Below are positions 12,716 through 20,517 of a stretch of DNA of 32,000 nt, in pieces. A program made the translations under genes and the position numbers. Origin of the DNA: Candidatus Methylomirabilis limnetica (GTDB lineage: Bacteria; Methylomirabilota; Methylomirabilia; Methylomirabilales; Methylomirabilaceae); the NCBI RefSeq assembly GCF_003044035.1, contig NZ_NVQC01000022.1, forward strand, positions 30,001 through 62,000. Direction: 5' to 3'. The notes beneath the pieces were generated by a model. That model was given only the letters and a program-made list of their open reading frames with translations. It was not told the DNA's origin and searched no databases. Position 1 is the stretch's first letter, and each line of letters begins with the position of its first letter.

Positions 12716-15547
12716 ATGAGCCAAGTCGTCATCGAAAACCCGATCATCAACTCGCCGTTCGACGAGCCGACCCGTCATTTTCGATTTAGCGACGAGGGCA
12801 TCACCAGCGAGATTGTTGACGGCCGCCGGACCAGTTCCTATTTCGTCCCCATCGCCAAGCCGAAGAAGAAGGGTGCCAAGCAGCTTCAATTCGCAACGGA
12901 ATGGACACAAGACCGCATCGAGGAGAACCAGCTCGTCAACGATGTCCGACGCCGCGTCGCCATGTGGCGCAAGGGCGGCTACCTGGGCGTGACACATACC
13001 ACCACGCGATTGATTGCCTACTGGACCGATCCCAATCGCGAGAAGAAACTCTTCTTCTGCCAGAACGAGGCCCTTGAAACCGCCATCTACATTACCGAGG
13101 TGGCAAAGAAATACGGCGATGCCTGGATAGAGAACGCGATACGAGAGGCGAACGACACATCGAACCCCGGCCTGCCGCGCGCAGCATTCAAGATGGCCAC
13201 TGGCGCCGGCAAGACCGTCGTCATGGCCATGCTCATCGCCTGGCACACGCTCAACAAGCGCGCCAACCCCCAGGACGCCCGCTTCTCCGACACCTTCCTG
13301 ATCGTCACCCCCGGCATCACCATCCGCGACCGGCTCCGCGTGCTGTTGCCGAACGACCCGGAGAACTACTACCGCCAGCGTGACATTGTACCGGCCCAAC
13401 TACAGGACCAGCTCGGACAGGCCAAAATCGTCATCACCAACTACCACGCCTTCGGACTGCGCGAGAGGGTCGCCGCCGGCAAGATCACGAAGTCGATTCT
13501 CGCCGATGGGCAGCCAAGCCCGTTTACCGAAACTCCCGACCAGATGGTGCGCCGCGTCTGTCGCGAATTGAGCACCAAGAAACACATCATCGTCCTCAAC
13601 GACGAAGCCCATCACTGCTACCGCCGCAAACCCGACGGCGAAGAGGAAAAACTCACCGGCGATGATCGCGTCGAAGCCAAGCAACGCGACGAAGAGGCTC
13701 GCGTATGGATTTCCGGCATCGAGGCCGTGAAGGCCAAGATCGGCGTGAAGGCCATCTACGACCTTTCGGCCACACCGTTCTTTCTGCGCGGTTCGGGTTA
13801 CAGCAAAATTACGCACGATGGTAAGAAAATCACCGAGGGGCTTCTTTTTCCGTGGGTAGTTTCTGACTTCTCTCTCATCGACGCCATCGAGGCCGGCATC
13901 GTCAAAGTGCCCCGTGTGCCGGTGGCTGATGACTCAATGATAGGCGAGCAGCCCACCTACCGCGACCTGTGGCTCCGCATCCGCGAGCACCTATCAAAAA
14001 AGGGTCGCAAAACCGATAAGGTGGTGGGCGAACCGAAGATCCCCCTCGAACTTCATGGAGCACTTCTCAGCCTCTACGGCAACTACAAGAAGTATCACCG
14101 CCTGTGGGAGCAGAACGCCGAGGCCCGCGCCCGTGGCATCACGCCGCCGGTGTTCATCGTCGTCTGCAACAACACCAACGTGTCCAAACGCGTCTTCGAC
14201 TTCATTGCCGGATGGGAAAAGCAGATCGGCGACCAGATCGTCGCCCAGGCCGGGCAGTTGTCCATCTTTCGCAACGACGACGGTAAGGGTGGCTGGCTGC
14301 ACCGCCCGAACACCATCCTGGTGGACAGCCAGCAGCTCGAGTCCGGCGGAGCGATGAGCGACGACTTCAAGAAGATCGCCGCCCGAGAAATCGACGAGTT
14401 CAAGGCCGACTACCGAGCCCGCTTTCCCGGCCGCGATGCCGAATCCCTGACCGACGAAGACCTCCTCCGCGAAGTGATGAACACGGTCGGTAAGGCAGGC
14501 AAACTCGGCGAACACGTCAAGTGCGTCGTCAGCGTCTCCATGCTCACGGAAGGGTGGGATGCCAACACCGTCACCCACGTTCTCGGCGTGCGCGCCTTCG
14601 GCACGCAACTGCTGTGCGAGCAGGTGGTCGGTCGCGCCCTGCGCCGCATAAGTTACGCCGCCAACGAGAAGGGGCATTTCAATCCCGAATACGCTGAAGT
14701 CTACGGCGTGCCCTTTTCCTTCATCCCGTGCAGCGGGGCAACTAAAGACCCCAAGCCCGGCCCGCTGCCCACCCGCGTTCGCGCCATCGAGCGCCGCATC
14801 GCCTGCGAGATCACCTTTCCACGGCTGCTCGGCTACCGCTACGACGTGGCTGGCGAGCGGCTCACCGCAACCTTCACAGCAGAATCGCACCTGGCACTCT
14901 CGACTGCCGACATTCCCACCAAGACCGAGAACGCGCCCATCGTCGGCGAATCCAGCATCCACACCCTCGACGATCTCAAACGCCACCGGCTCAACGAGGT
15001 CGCCTTCCTGCTGGCCAAGCTGACGCTGGAAAAATACTTCCGCGACGATGACGGCAACGATAAACCCTGGCTCTTCCCGCAACTGCTCGGCATCGCCAAA
15101 CGCTGGCTGGCCGAATGCGTCACGCTCAAGGACAACACCTTCCCGCAACTGCTGCTCTTGATCGAGTTAGCACACGACGCCGCCGACCGCATCTACAAGG
15201 CGATCGTCGCCTCGACGGACGGCACGGAGGGCGACCACAAGGGTGCGCCCCTACGGCCGATCCTGCGCCCGCATGATACGATCGGCTCCACCTGTGATGT
15301 GGATTTCGATACTAGCCGAGCCGTATTCGCCACCAGCAGCGACAAGTGCCACATCTCCCATGTGGTGGCCGATACCGATTCATGGGAGCAGAAGATGGCC
15401 GAAGCCCTCGAAGACTCGCCCGAGGTCATCCGCTACGTCAAAAACCACAACCTCGGCTTCACCATCCCCTTACACGCTGAACGGCGAAGAACACCAATAC
15501 ATCCCCGACTTCATCGCCTGCATCGACGACGGCCACGGCCCGAGTGA
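12716..15547 (+). CDS. Type III-like restriction enzyme Res subunit (SF2 helicase part intact; reading frame leaves the nuclease domain at about 15466-15471)
   Basis: N-terminus MSQVVIENPIINSPFDEPTRHFRF. Helicase motifs present: MATGAGKT (I), LNDEAHH (II, DEAH), SATP (III), MLTEGWDANTVTHVLGVRAFGTQLLCEQVVGRALRR (V-VI). The last 26 residues (LHAERRRTPIHPRLHRLHRRRPRPE) are Arg/His-rich out-of-frame junk. Confidence 0.85.
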   Translation: MSQVVIENPIINSPFDEPTRHFRFSDEGITSEIVDGRRTSSYFVPIAKPKKKGAKQLQFATEWTQDRIEENQLVNDVRRRVAMWRKGGYLGVTHTTTRLIAYWTDPNREKKLFFCQNEALETAIYITEVAKKYGDAWIENAIREANDTSNPGLPRAAFKMATGAGKTVVMAMLIAWHTLNKRANPQDARFSDTFLIVTPGITIRDRLRVLLPNDPENYYRQRDIVPAQLQDQLGQAKIVITNYHAFGLRERVAAGKITKSILADGQPSPFTETPDQMVRRVCRELSTKKHIIVLNDEAHHCYRRKPDGEEEKLTGDDRVEAKQRDEEARVWISGIEAVKAKIGVKAIYDLSATPFFLRGSGYSKITHDGKKITEGLLFPWVVSDFSLIDAIEAGIVKVPRVPVADDSMIGEQPTYRDLWLRIREHLSKKGRKTDKVVGEPKIPLELHGALLSLYGNYKKYHRLWEQNAEARARGITPPVFIVVCNNTNVSKRVFDFIAGWEKQIGDQIVAQAGQLSIFRNDDGKGGWLHRPNTILVDSQQLESGGAMSDDFKKIAAREIDEFKADYRARFPGRDAESLTDEDLLREVMNTVGKAGKLGEHVKCVVSVSMLTEGWDANTVTHVLGVRAFGTQLLCEQVVGRALRRISYAANEKGHFNPEYAEVYGVPFSFIPCSGATKDPKPGPLPTRVRAIERRIACEITFPRLLGYRYDVAGERLTATFTAESHLALSTADIPTKTENAPIVGESSIHTLDDLKRHRLNEVAFLLAKLTLEKYFRDDDGNDKPWLFPQLLGIAKRWLAECVTLKDNTFPQLLLLIELAHDAADRIYKAIVASTDGTEGDHKGAPLRPILRPHDTIGSTCDVDFDTSRAVFATSSDKCHISHVVADTDSWEQKMAEALEDSPEVIRYVKNHNLGFTIPLHAERRRTPIHPRLHRLHRRRPRPE

Positions 15548-15746
15548 CCTCTTGAACCTGATCGTCGAAGTCACCGGCGAGAAGAAGAAGAACAAGGCCG
15601 CCAAGGTCTCTACTGCGCGCTCCCTGTGGGTGCCGGCCATCAACAACCACGGCGGCTTCGGACGCTGGACTTTCATTGAGATCAGTGACCCGTGGGACGC
15701 GAAGAACCTGATCCGCGCCAGCCTAAAGAAAGGAGCAAAACCGTGA
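15468..15746 (+). pseudogene. Displaced C-terminal PD-(D/E)xK nuclease segment of the Res gene, in the +1 frame
   Basis: The frame of ORF 15243..15746 reads PYTLNGEEHQYIPDFIACIDDGHGPSDLLNLIVEVTGEKKKNKAAKVSTARSLWVPAINNHGGFGRWTFIEISDPWD. It joins seamlessly to ...NHNLGFTIP of the main frame if one nucleotide of the CCCC/TT run at 15466-15471 is removed. It contains a PD...EVxGEK nuclease-like motif. Confidence 0.75.
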
Positions 15747-16600
15747 GTGAAGAATTGCCAGCCGATTCCCAGGGCAAGATGATCGTATTCGGGGCGAAGC
15801 AGATTCGCCGTATTTGGCACGATGACCAGTGGTTCTTCTCCGTTGTGGACATCATCGGCGCCCTCACCGACAGCGAGAATCCACGCGATTACTGGTATCG
15901 CATGAAGCAGCGGGAGAAGGAATCTAGCGGAATCGAGTTGTCGACACTTTGTCGACAACTGAAACTAGTCTCATCTGACGGCAAGGCTTACCCCACGGAA
16001 GCCGCGTCCACCGAAGCCGCCTTTCGCATCATCCAGTCGATCCCCAGCCCCAAGGCCGAACCGTTCAAACGCTGGCTGGCTGAGGTGGGTTACCAGCGCG
16101 TCCAGGAGATCGAAAACCCCGAACTTGCCCAGCAGCGGATGCGGAAACTCTATCAGGACAAAGGCTACCCCGACGATTGGGTCGAAAAGCGCGTCCGTGG
16201 CATTGCCGTCCGTGACGAACTGACCAGCGAATGGCAGAAACGCGGTATTCAGGATCAAAAAGACTTCGCCATACTTACCGGCGAAATTTCCAAAGCCACA
16301 TTTGGCTTGACTCCTGCCGACTACAAGAAGCTGAAGGGCCTGAAGCGTGAAAATCTCCGCGATCACATGACCGACCTCGAGTTGATCTTCACCATGCTCG
16401 GCGAGGCCGCAACCACAGAAATCGCGCGCAACAAAAACGCCCAGGGCCTCCTAAAAAACAAACTGGCTGCCAAAGCAGGCGGCTCGGTTGCGGGCAATGC
16501 CCGTCGCCAGCTTGAAGCCAAGTCGGGCCGCAAGGTCATCACCCGCGACAATTACCTGATCGACAAACCCAAGCGCAAGCTTCCACCGAAGTCGGAGTAA
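15743..16600 (+). CDS. Bro-N domain / DinD-like (DNA-damage-inducible protein D family) protein
   Basis: The N-terminus FGAKQIRRIWHDDQWFFSVVDIIGALTDSENPRDYW is Bro-N-like. The C-terminal half (RDELTSEWQKRG...DFAILT...KGLKRENLRDHMTDLELIF...) resembles E. coli DinD as I recall it. GTG 15743 is preceded by AAAGGAG and overlaps the stop of the displaced Res frame (GTGA). ATG 15779 is the alternative start. Confidence 0.75.
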   Translation: MSEELPADSQGKMIVFGAKQIRRIWHDDQWFFSVVDIIGALTDSENPRDYWYRMKQREKESSGIELSTLCRQLKLVSSDGKAYPTEAASTEAAFRIIQSIPSPKAEPFKRWLAEVGYQRVQEIENPELAQQRMRKLYQDKGYPDDWVEKRVRGIAVRDELTSEWQKRGIQDQKDFAILTGEISKATFGLTPADYKKLKGLKRENLRDHMTDLELIFTMLGEAATTEIARNKNAQGLLKNKLAAKAGGSVAGNARRQLEAKSGRKVITRDNYLIDKPKRKLPPKSE

Positions 16601-16606
16601 CATTCC

Positions 16607-17011
16607 ATGGTCAAAAAGAAGACCACGCCGACGAAAGTCGAATCCATTCGCCATAAGGACAAGCGCGCGAACATCCCCACCGAGGAGCTGCGCGACTTCG
16701 ATGTGTACGATCCGACCACAGGACAGATACGAAACTCCTCCACCGACGATATCGCGTGCTGGTTTATCGACACCGACTACAACGGCGAGAGCTTCTTTGT
16801 CCGCCACGCCTACTTCACCGGGGCTGCACAAGACGGTGAGGGTCCTTACGATAAGCTCAAGCGGGCGCTACGGGCGGACATCGACGAAGCGGCCTGGAGC
16901 AGTCTCTACACCACCATCAGCCGGCCATTCGCCAAGCCCGAGACGGGCAAGATCGCCGTGAAGGTCATCAACCACTAAGGCGACGAGGTGCTGAAGGTGT
17001 TTCAAATATGA
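16607..17011 (+). pseudogene. Remnant of the cognate Type III-like Mod DNA methyltransferase (N-terminal about 31 aa fused to C-terminal about 100 aa; catalytic core deleted; premature TAA)
   Basis: MVKKKTTPTKVESIRHKDKRANIPTEELRDF matches the usual N-terminus of these large methylases. It is followed directly by their usual C-terminal tail: DVYDPTTGQIRNSSTDDIACWFIDTDYNGESFFVRHAYFTGA...SRPFAKPETGKIAVKVINH. No DPPY or SAM-binding motifs are present. TAA at 16976 interrupts VINH*GDEVLKVFQI*, the conserved tail continuing in-frame to 17011. Confidence 0.7.
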
Positions 17012-17080
17012 AGACGCAGGATGCAGGCAGGCAAGACGAGGATGCTGGCTACACATTACGACATAAGTCTCAGGCAGTTT

Positions 17081-17142
17081 GTCATTCCGGGCTTGACCCG
17101 GAATCCAGTGCTGTTCTGGATTCCCGCTTTCGCGGGAATGAC
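17081..17142. repeat. Nested palindromic repeat (two ATTCC-hairpin arms in inverted orientation)
   Basis: GTCATTCCGGGCTTGACCCGGAATCCAG tgctgtt CTGGATTCCCGCTTTCGCGGGAATGAC. Each arm is itself a hairpin: ATTCCGGG/CCCGGAAT and ATTCCCGC/GCGGGAAT. Confidence 0.8.
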
Positions 17143-17146
17143 GTCT

Positions 17147-17174
17147 ATTGTTGCGACTTACGATACTATGTATA
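17147..17174 (+). repeat. 28-nt repeat, copy 1 (promoter-like TTGTTG-N17-TATAAC), upstream of the HlyD/ABC operon
   Basis: ATTGTTGCGACTTACGATACTATGTATA matches 27651-27678 at 26 of 28 positions. Both copies directly follow a strong hairpin. Confidence 0.7.
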
Positions 17175-17199
17175 ACCATATCCGCACTGCAGGGGGTGT

Positions 17200-18258
17200 G
17201 TGACGGAACCAAGACGAAAGATAGCATTGCTCGTTGCACTATTGGCACTGGCTGGCGCTGCACTCTTCGTCGGCTGGGGGGTGGTGCGCGACAAGGGGGG
17301 CGGCGGCGGCCTGGTGGCGAATGGGACGATTGAGGCTACCGAGGTCGAGGTCAGCTCGAAGCTGCCGGGTCGTCTCGCTCAGCTCATGGTGAAGGAAGGG
17401 GCCCAGGTCCAGGCGAATCAGGTCATCGCTCGGCTCGACACCCCGGAGATCGAGGCGGAGGTAGCGCAACAGCAGGCGGTACTGGCCAAGGCCGAGGCGC
17501 AGCTCAAGGAGTTGCTCGCCGGCTCGCGCCTTCAGGAAATCGAAGAGGCGCGCGCCAATCTGCAGCAGGCCGAGGATAACCTGAAGCTGGCTAAGGATGA
17601 GTGGGACCGGTTTGACAACCTCTTCAAAGAAGGGGCCATCTCAGCGCAAGAGCGAGATCGCGCCAAGAACAGGGTCGAGATCGCGCAGAGCCAGGTCAAG
17701 GCGGCGCAGGAGCGATACCAGATGATCCGGATTGGGCCTCGATCAGAGGTGATTGAGGCGGCCCGCCACGAACGCGATCGGGCAAAGGCGGCGCTTGGCA
17801 TGGCCCAGGTCCGACTTCGCGACAGCACCATCCTGGCGCCCCTCGCCGGCATCGTCCTCATCAAGCGGGCCGAGCAAGGAGAGGTCGTCAATCCCGGCTT
17901 TCCCATCGTGATCCTCATCGATCCTGATGATCTGTGGCTGCGCGTCTACATCCCGGAGTCGGAGATCGGGTTGGTGGGTATCGGCCAGACCGCCGCGGTC
18001 ACCGTCGATTCATTTCCGAATCGGCGCTTCGAAGGGAAGGTGATCGAGATCAGCTCGAAGGCCGAATTTACCCCCCGCACGGTCCAGACCAAGAAGGAGC
18101 GCGTGAACCTGGTCTTCGGGGTCAAGATCAGCCTGGACAACCGCGAGCGCCTACTGAAACCAGGGATGCCGGCCGATACCGAGATTAAGGTAGGAGACAG
18201 AGGGACAAAGCGAACCAGCCGTCGATCGCCCGCCCGGTGGAGTCCCCTCCATGGCTGA
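17200..18258 (+). CDS. HlyD-family membrane fusion / periplasmic adaptor protein
   Basis: N-terminal TM anchor IALLVALLALAGAALFVGWGVV. Lipoyl-like halves are present (ARLDTPEIEAEV ... STILAPLAGIV). A long coiled coil is rich in AQ/EA repeats. GTG start with AGGGGG upstream. It overlaps the ABC ATPase gene by 8 nt. Confidence 0.9.
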   Translation: MTEPRRKIALLVALLALAGAALFVGWGVVRDKGGGGGLVANGTIEATEVEVSSKLPGRLAQLMVKEGAQVQANQVIARLDTPEIEAEVAQQQAVLAKAEAQLKELLAGSRLQEIEEARANLQQAEDNLKLAKDEWDRFDNLFKEGAISAQERDRAKNRVEIAQSQVKAAQERYQMIRIGPRSEVIEAARHERDRAKAALGMAQVRLRDSTILAPLAGIVLIKRAEQGEVVNPGFPIVILIDPDDLWLRVYIPESEIGLVGIGQTAAVTVDSFPNRRFEGKVIEISSKAEFTPRTVQTKKERVNLVFGVKISLDNRERLLKPGMPADTEIKVGDRGTKRTSRRSPARWSPLHG

Positions 18259-19243
18259 GATCGACCGCGATAGTTGCGCGGTCATCACCAAGGGGTTGAC
18301 GAAACGATTCGGCAAGATCGTGGCCGTGGACCATGTGGACTTGACTATCAAAAGAGGCGAGATCTACGGGTTCCTCGGTTCGAATGGGGCCGGGAAGTCC
18401 ACCACCATCCGGATGCTCTGCGGACTCCTGGACGCGACCGAGGGGTCAGGGTATGTGCTGGGCCACGATATTGCCACGGAGCCGGAGCGGATCAAGGAAA
18501 AGATCGGCTACATGTCCCAGCGGTTCAGCCTGTACGAGGACCTGACCGTCCGGGAGAACCTCGACTTCTACGCCAGCCTCTACTCGGTCCCGAATGGGAT
18601 CAAGCGGGCCCGAATCGAGCAGATGATTCAGATGGCCGATCTGACCGGACGTGAGGGCGAGCTGGCGGCCCACCTGTCAGGCGGCTGGAAACAGCGCCTG
18701 GCCTTAGGGTGCAGTATCATTCATAAGCCAGAGCTCCTGTTCCTGGACGAGCCGACCGCAGGGGTCGATCCGGTCTCCCGCCGCAACTTTTGGGACCTGA
18801 TCTACCGGCTCTCTGAGGAAGGGATCACCATCGTTGCCACCACCCACTACATGGATGAAGCGGAACACTGCGACAGTCTGGGATTTATCTATCAAGGTCG
18901 GATCACGGCCCAGGGGAGCCGTGAGGAGATCAAGGCGAATGCCCTCAAGGGCCAGGTCCTCGAGATCGAATGCCACCCGATACGGGAGGCCACGATATTC
19001 CTTGAAACGCTTCCCGGCGTGGCAGAGGTCGTCCGATTTGGGAACACCATCCACGTGGTGATCGAGGAGGGTGGCCCGTCGCCCACCGATGTGGAGGCGC
19101 GCCTGACCGGCGAGGGGCTCAAGGTTAACCGGGTTGAGGTGGCGACCCCATCGATCGAGGATATCTTTGTCTCATTCGTCGGCCTGGTCGACCGGCGCTC
19201 TCTCCGGGCGCAACTGAAGCGAATGCGGGAAGGCGAGATATGA
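18251..19243 (+). CDS. ABC transporter ATP-binding protein (ABC-2 / drug-efflux type)
   Basis: Walker A GSNGAGKST, signature LSGGWKQRL, Walker B LLFLDEPTAGVD and H-loop TTHYMDEA are all present. Confidence 0.95.
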   Translation: MAEIDRDSCAVITKGLTKRFGKIVAVDHVDLTIKRGEIYGFLGSNGAGKSTTIRMLCGLLDATEGSGYVLGHDIATEPERIKEKIGYMSQRFSLYEDLTVRENLDFYASLYSVPNGIKRARIEQMIQMADLTGREGELAAHLSGGWKQRLALGCSIIHKPELLFLDEPTAGVDPVSRRNFWDLIYRLSEEGITIVATTHYMDEAEHCDSLGFIYQGRITAQGSREEIKANALKGQVLEIECHPIREATIFLETLPGVAEVVRFGNTIHVVIEEGGPSPTDVEARLTGEGLKVNRVEVATPSIEDIFVSFVGLVDRRSLRAQLKRMREGEI

Positions 19244-20370
19244 GGTCACGCCTGCTCGGCATGATCCGCAAAGAGTTTATCCAGATGTGGCGCGACCGCT
19301 TTACGCTGGCCATGATGCTTTTTATGCCGATGATGATCCTCGGCATCATCGGGTGGGCCGTCAATACCGACGTCAAGCACATGCCGACCGCTGTCTTCGA
19401 TCAGTCCCGGACGCCTGAGAGTCGAGAACTCCTCCATGCTTTTACCAACTCTCAATATTTCAACCTCGACTATCATGTGGACAGCTATGAACAGATTGCA
19501 CGCCTTATCGACAGCAGCAGGGCCAAGGTAGGAATCATCTTTCCACCTGACTATGCCCGCTTGCTCAAGCAGCAGCGCGTCACGCAGGTCCAGGTGATCG
19601 TGGACGCCTCGGACCCATTGGTGGCGACATCGGCCATCAACGCGGCTAACGCGATCGGCCAGGTTGGCTCGATGCGGATCGTATCGGAGACGCTGCAGCG
19701 GAGCGCCGGTCGGGCCACCTCCACCGCCCCTCTGGATGTCCGGGTCCGGGCCTGGTACAACCCGGACCTTGTCAGCGCTATCTTCATCATCCCTGGCCTG
19801 CTGGGCTTCATCTTGATGCAAACCACTATCACCATCACCGCCATGGTGGTAGTGCGGGAGCGGGAGCGTGGAACGCTCGAGGCGCTGATCGTGAGCCCAC
19901 TGCGCCGCTGGGAGTTGATGATCGGGAAGATCGTTCCGAATGTCCTGGTTGCCTATGCGCAAATGACATTCGCCCTCGTGTTCGGCGTCTGGATCTTCGA
20001 CATCCCGATACGTGGAAGCCTGTTCCTCCTCTACTTCCTGTCCCTGTTCTTCATCATGGGGACCTTGGGTCTCGGTATCCTGTTATCCACCATCGCCAGG
20101 ACCCAGGCGCAGGCCATGCAGATGTCGTATTTTATCTTCATCCCGTCGGTCTACCTCTCCGGAGTTCTCTTCCCGGTCGAGGCAATGCCGCCCTTGGCCA
20201 AGACCGTCGCCTACATAATCCCTCTCACCTATTACGTGGAGATTATTCGCGGGATCATCCTGAAAGGAATCGGCATCTCCTATCTCTGGACTCACCTGCT
20301 GGTCCTCACCGCCATCGGGGTGATCCTGATCACGACAAGCATTCTCCGCTTCCACAAGAAGCTCGGATGA
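19240..20370 (+). CDS. ABC-2 family transporter permease
   Basis: 376-aa ORF with one N-terminal TM, a large extracytoplasmic loop, then a cluster of 5 TM helices (the YbhS/YbhR-like layout). ATGA overlap with the ATPase gene. Confidence 0.9.
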   Translation: MRSRLLGMIRKEFIQMWRDRFTLAMMLFMPMMILGIIGWAVNTDVKHMPTAVFDQSRTPESRELLHAFTNSQYFNLDYHVDSYEQIARLIDSSRAKVGIIFPPDYARLLKQQRVTQVQVIVDASDPLVATSAINAANAIGQVGSMRIVSETLQRSAGRATSTAPLDVRVRAWYNPDLVSAIFIIPGLLGFILMQTTITITAMVVVRERERGTLEALIVSPLRRWELMIGKIVPNVLVAYAQMTFALVFGVWIFDIPIRGSLFLLYFLSLFFIMGTLGLGILLSTIARTQAQAMQMSYFIFIPSVYLSGVLFPVEAMPPLAKTVAYIIPLTYYVEIIRGIILKGIGISYLWTHLLVLTAIGVILITTSILRFHKKLG

Positions 20371-20424
20371 GCACAGGGCCTCTTTTCAAGGCACAGCAGG
20401 GCCTATTCACGTGGTAGAATGAAC

Positions 20425-20466
20425 GTAACTACTAAGGTGGATAGACCGAAGGCTGAAGGCTGTTAG
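20425..20466. repeat. Solo terminal inverted-repeat copy of the CTGAAGG-heptamer MITE
   Basis: GTAACTACTAAGGTGGATAGACCGAAGGCTGAAGGCTGTTAG aligns with the left TIR of the element at 23216-23376 (GTAACTGCTCAGGTAGATAGACTGAAGGCTGAAGGCTTTTAG). Confidence 0.7.
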
Positions 20467-20517
20467 TAATGCTGGCCCTCGCCGCGTCCGCTAACAAAGT
20501 AACGATAGGTGAAAACC

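Noticed and set aside
12644-15148. Minus-strand ORFs 12644..13399 (251 aa), 13400..13816 and 13994..15148 (384 aa)
   Set aside because: They are antisense to the Res helicase gene, whose plus-strand frame carries unambiguous SF2 motifs. The antisense products are low-complexity (Gly/Val/Ala/Asp-rich).
16868-17263. ORFs 16868..17263 (-), 17021..17203 (+) and 17148..17333 (+) across the island boundary
   Set aside because: They are translations of the nested palindromic repeat (ESGNPEQHWIPGQARNDK / IPAFAGMTS pseudo-peptides) and of the Mod tail. There is no independent coding evidence.
19246-19962. 238-aa minus-strand ORF inside the ABC-2 permease gene
   Set aside because: It is antisense to a CDS with a clear TM-helix pattern and operon coupling. 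No motifs were found.
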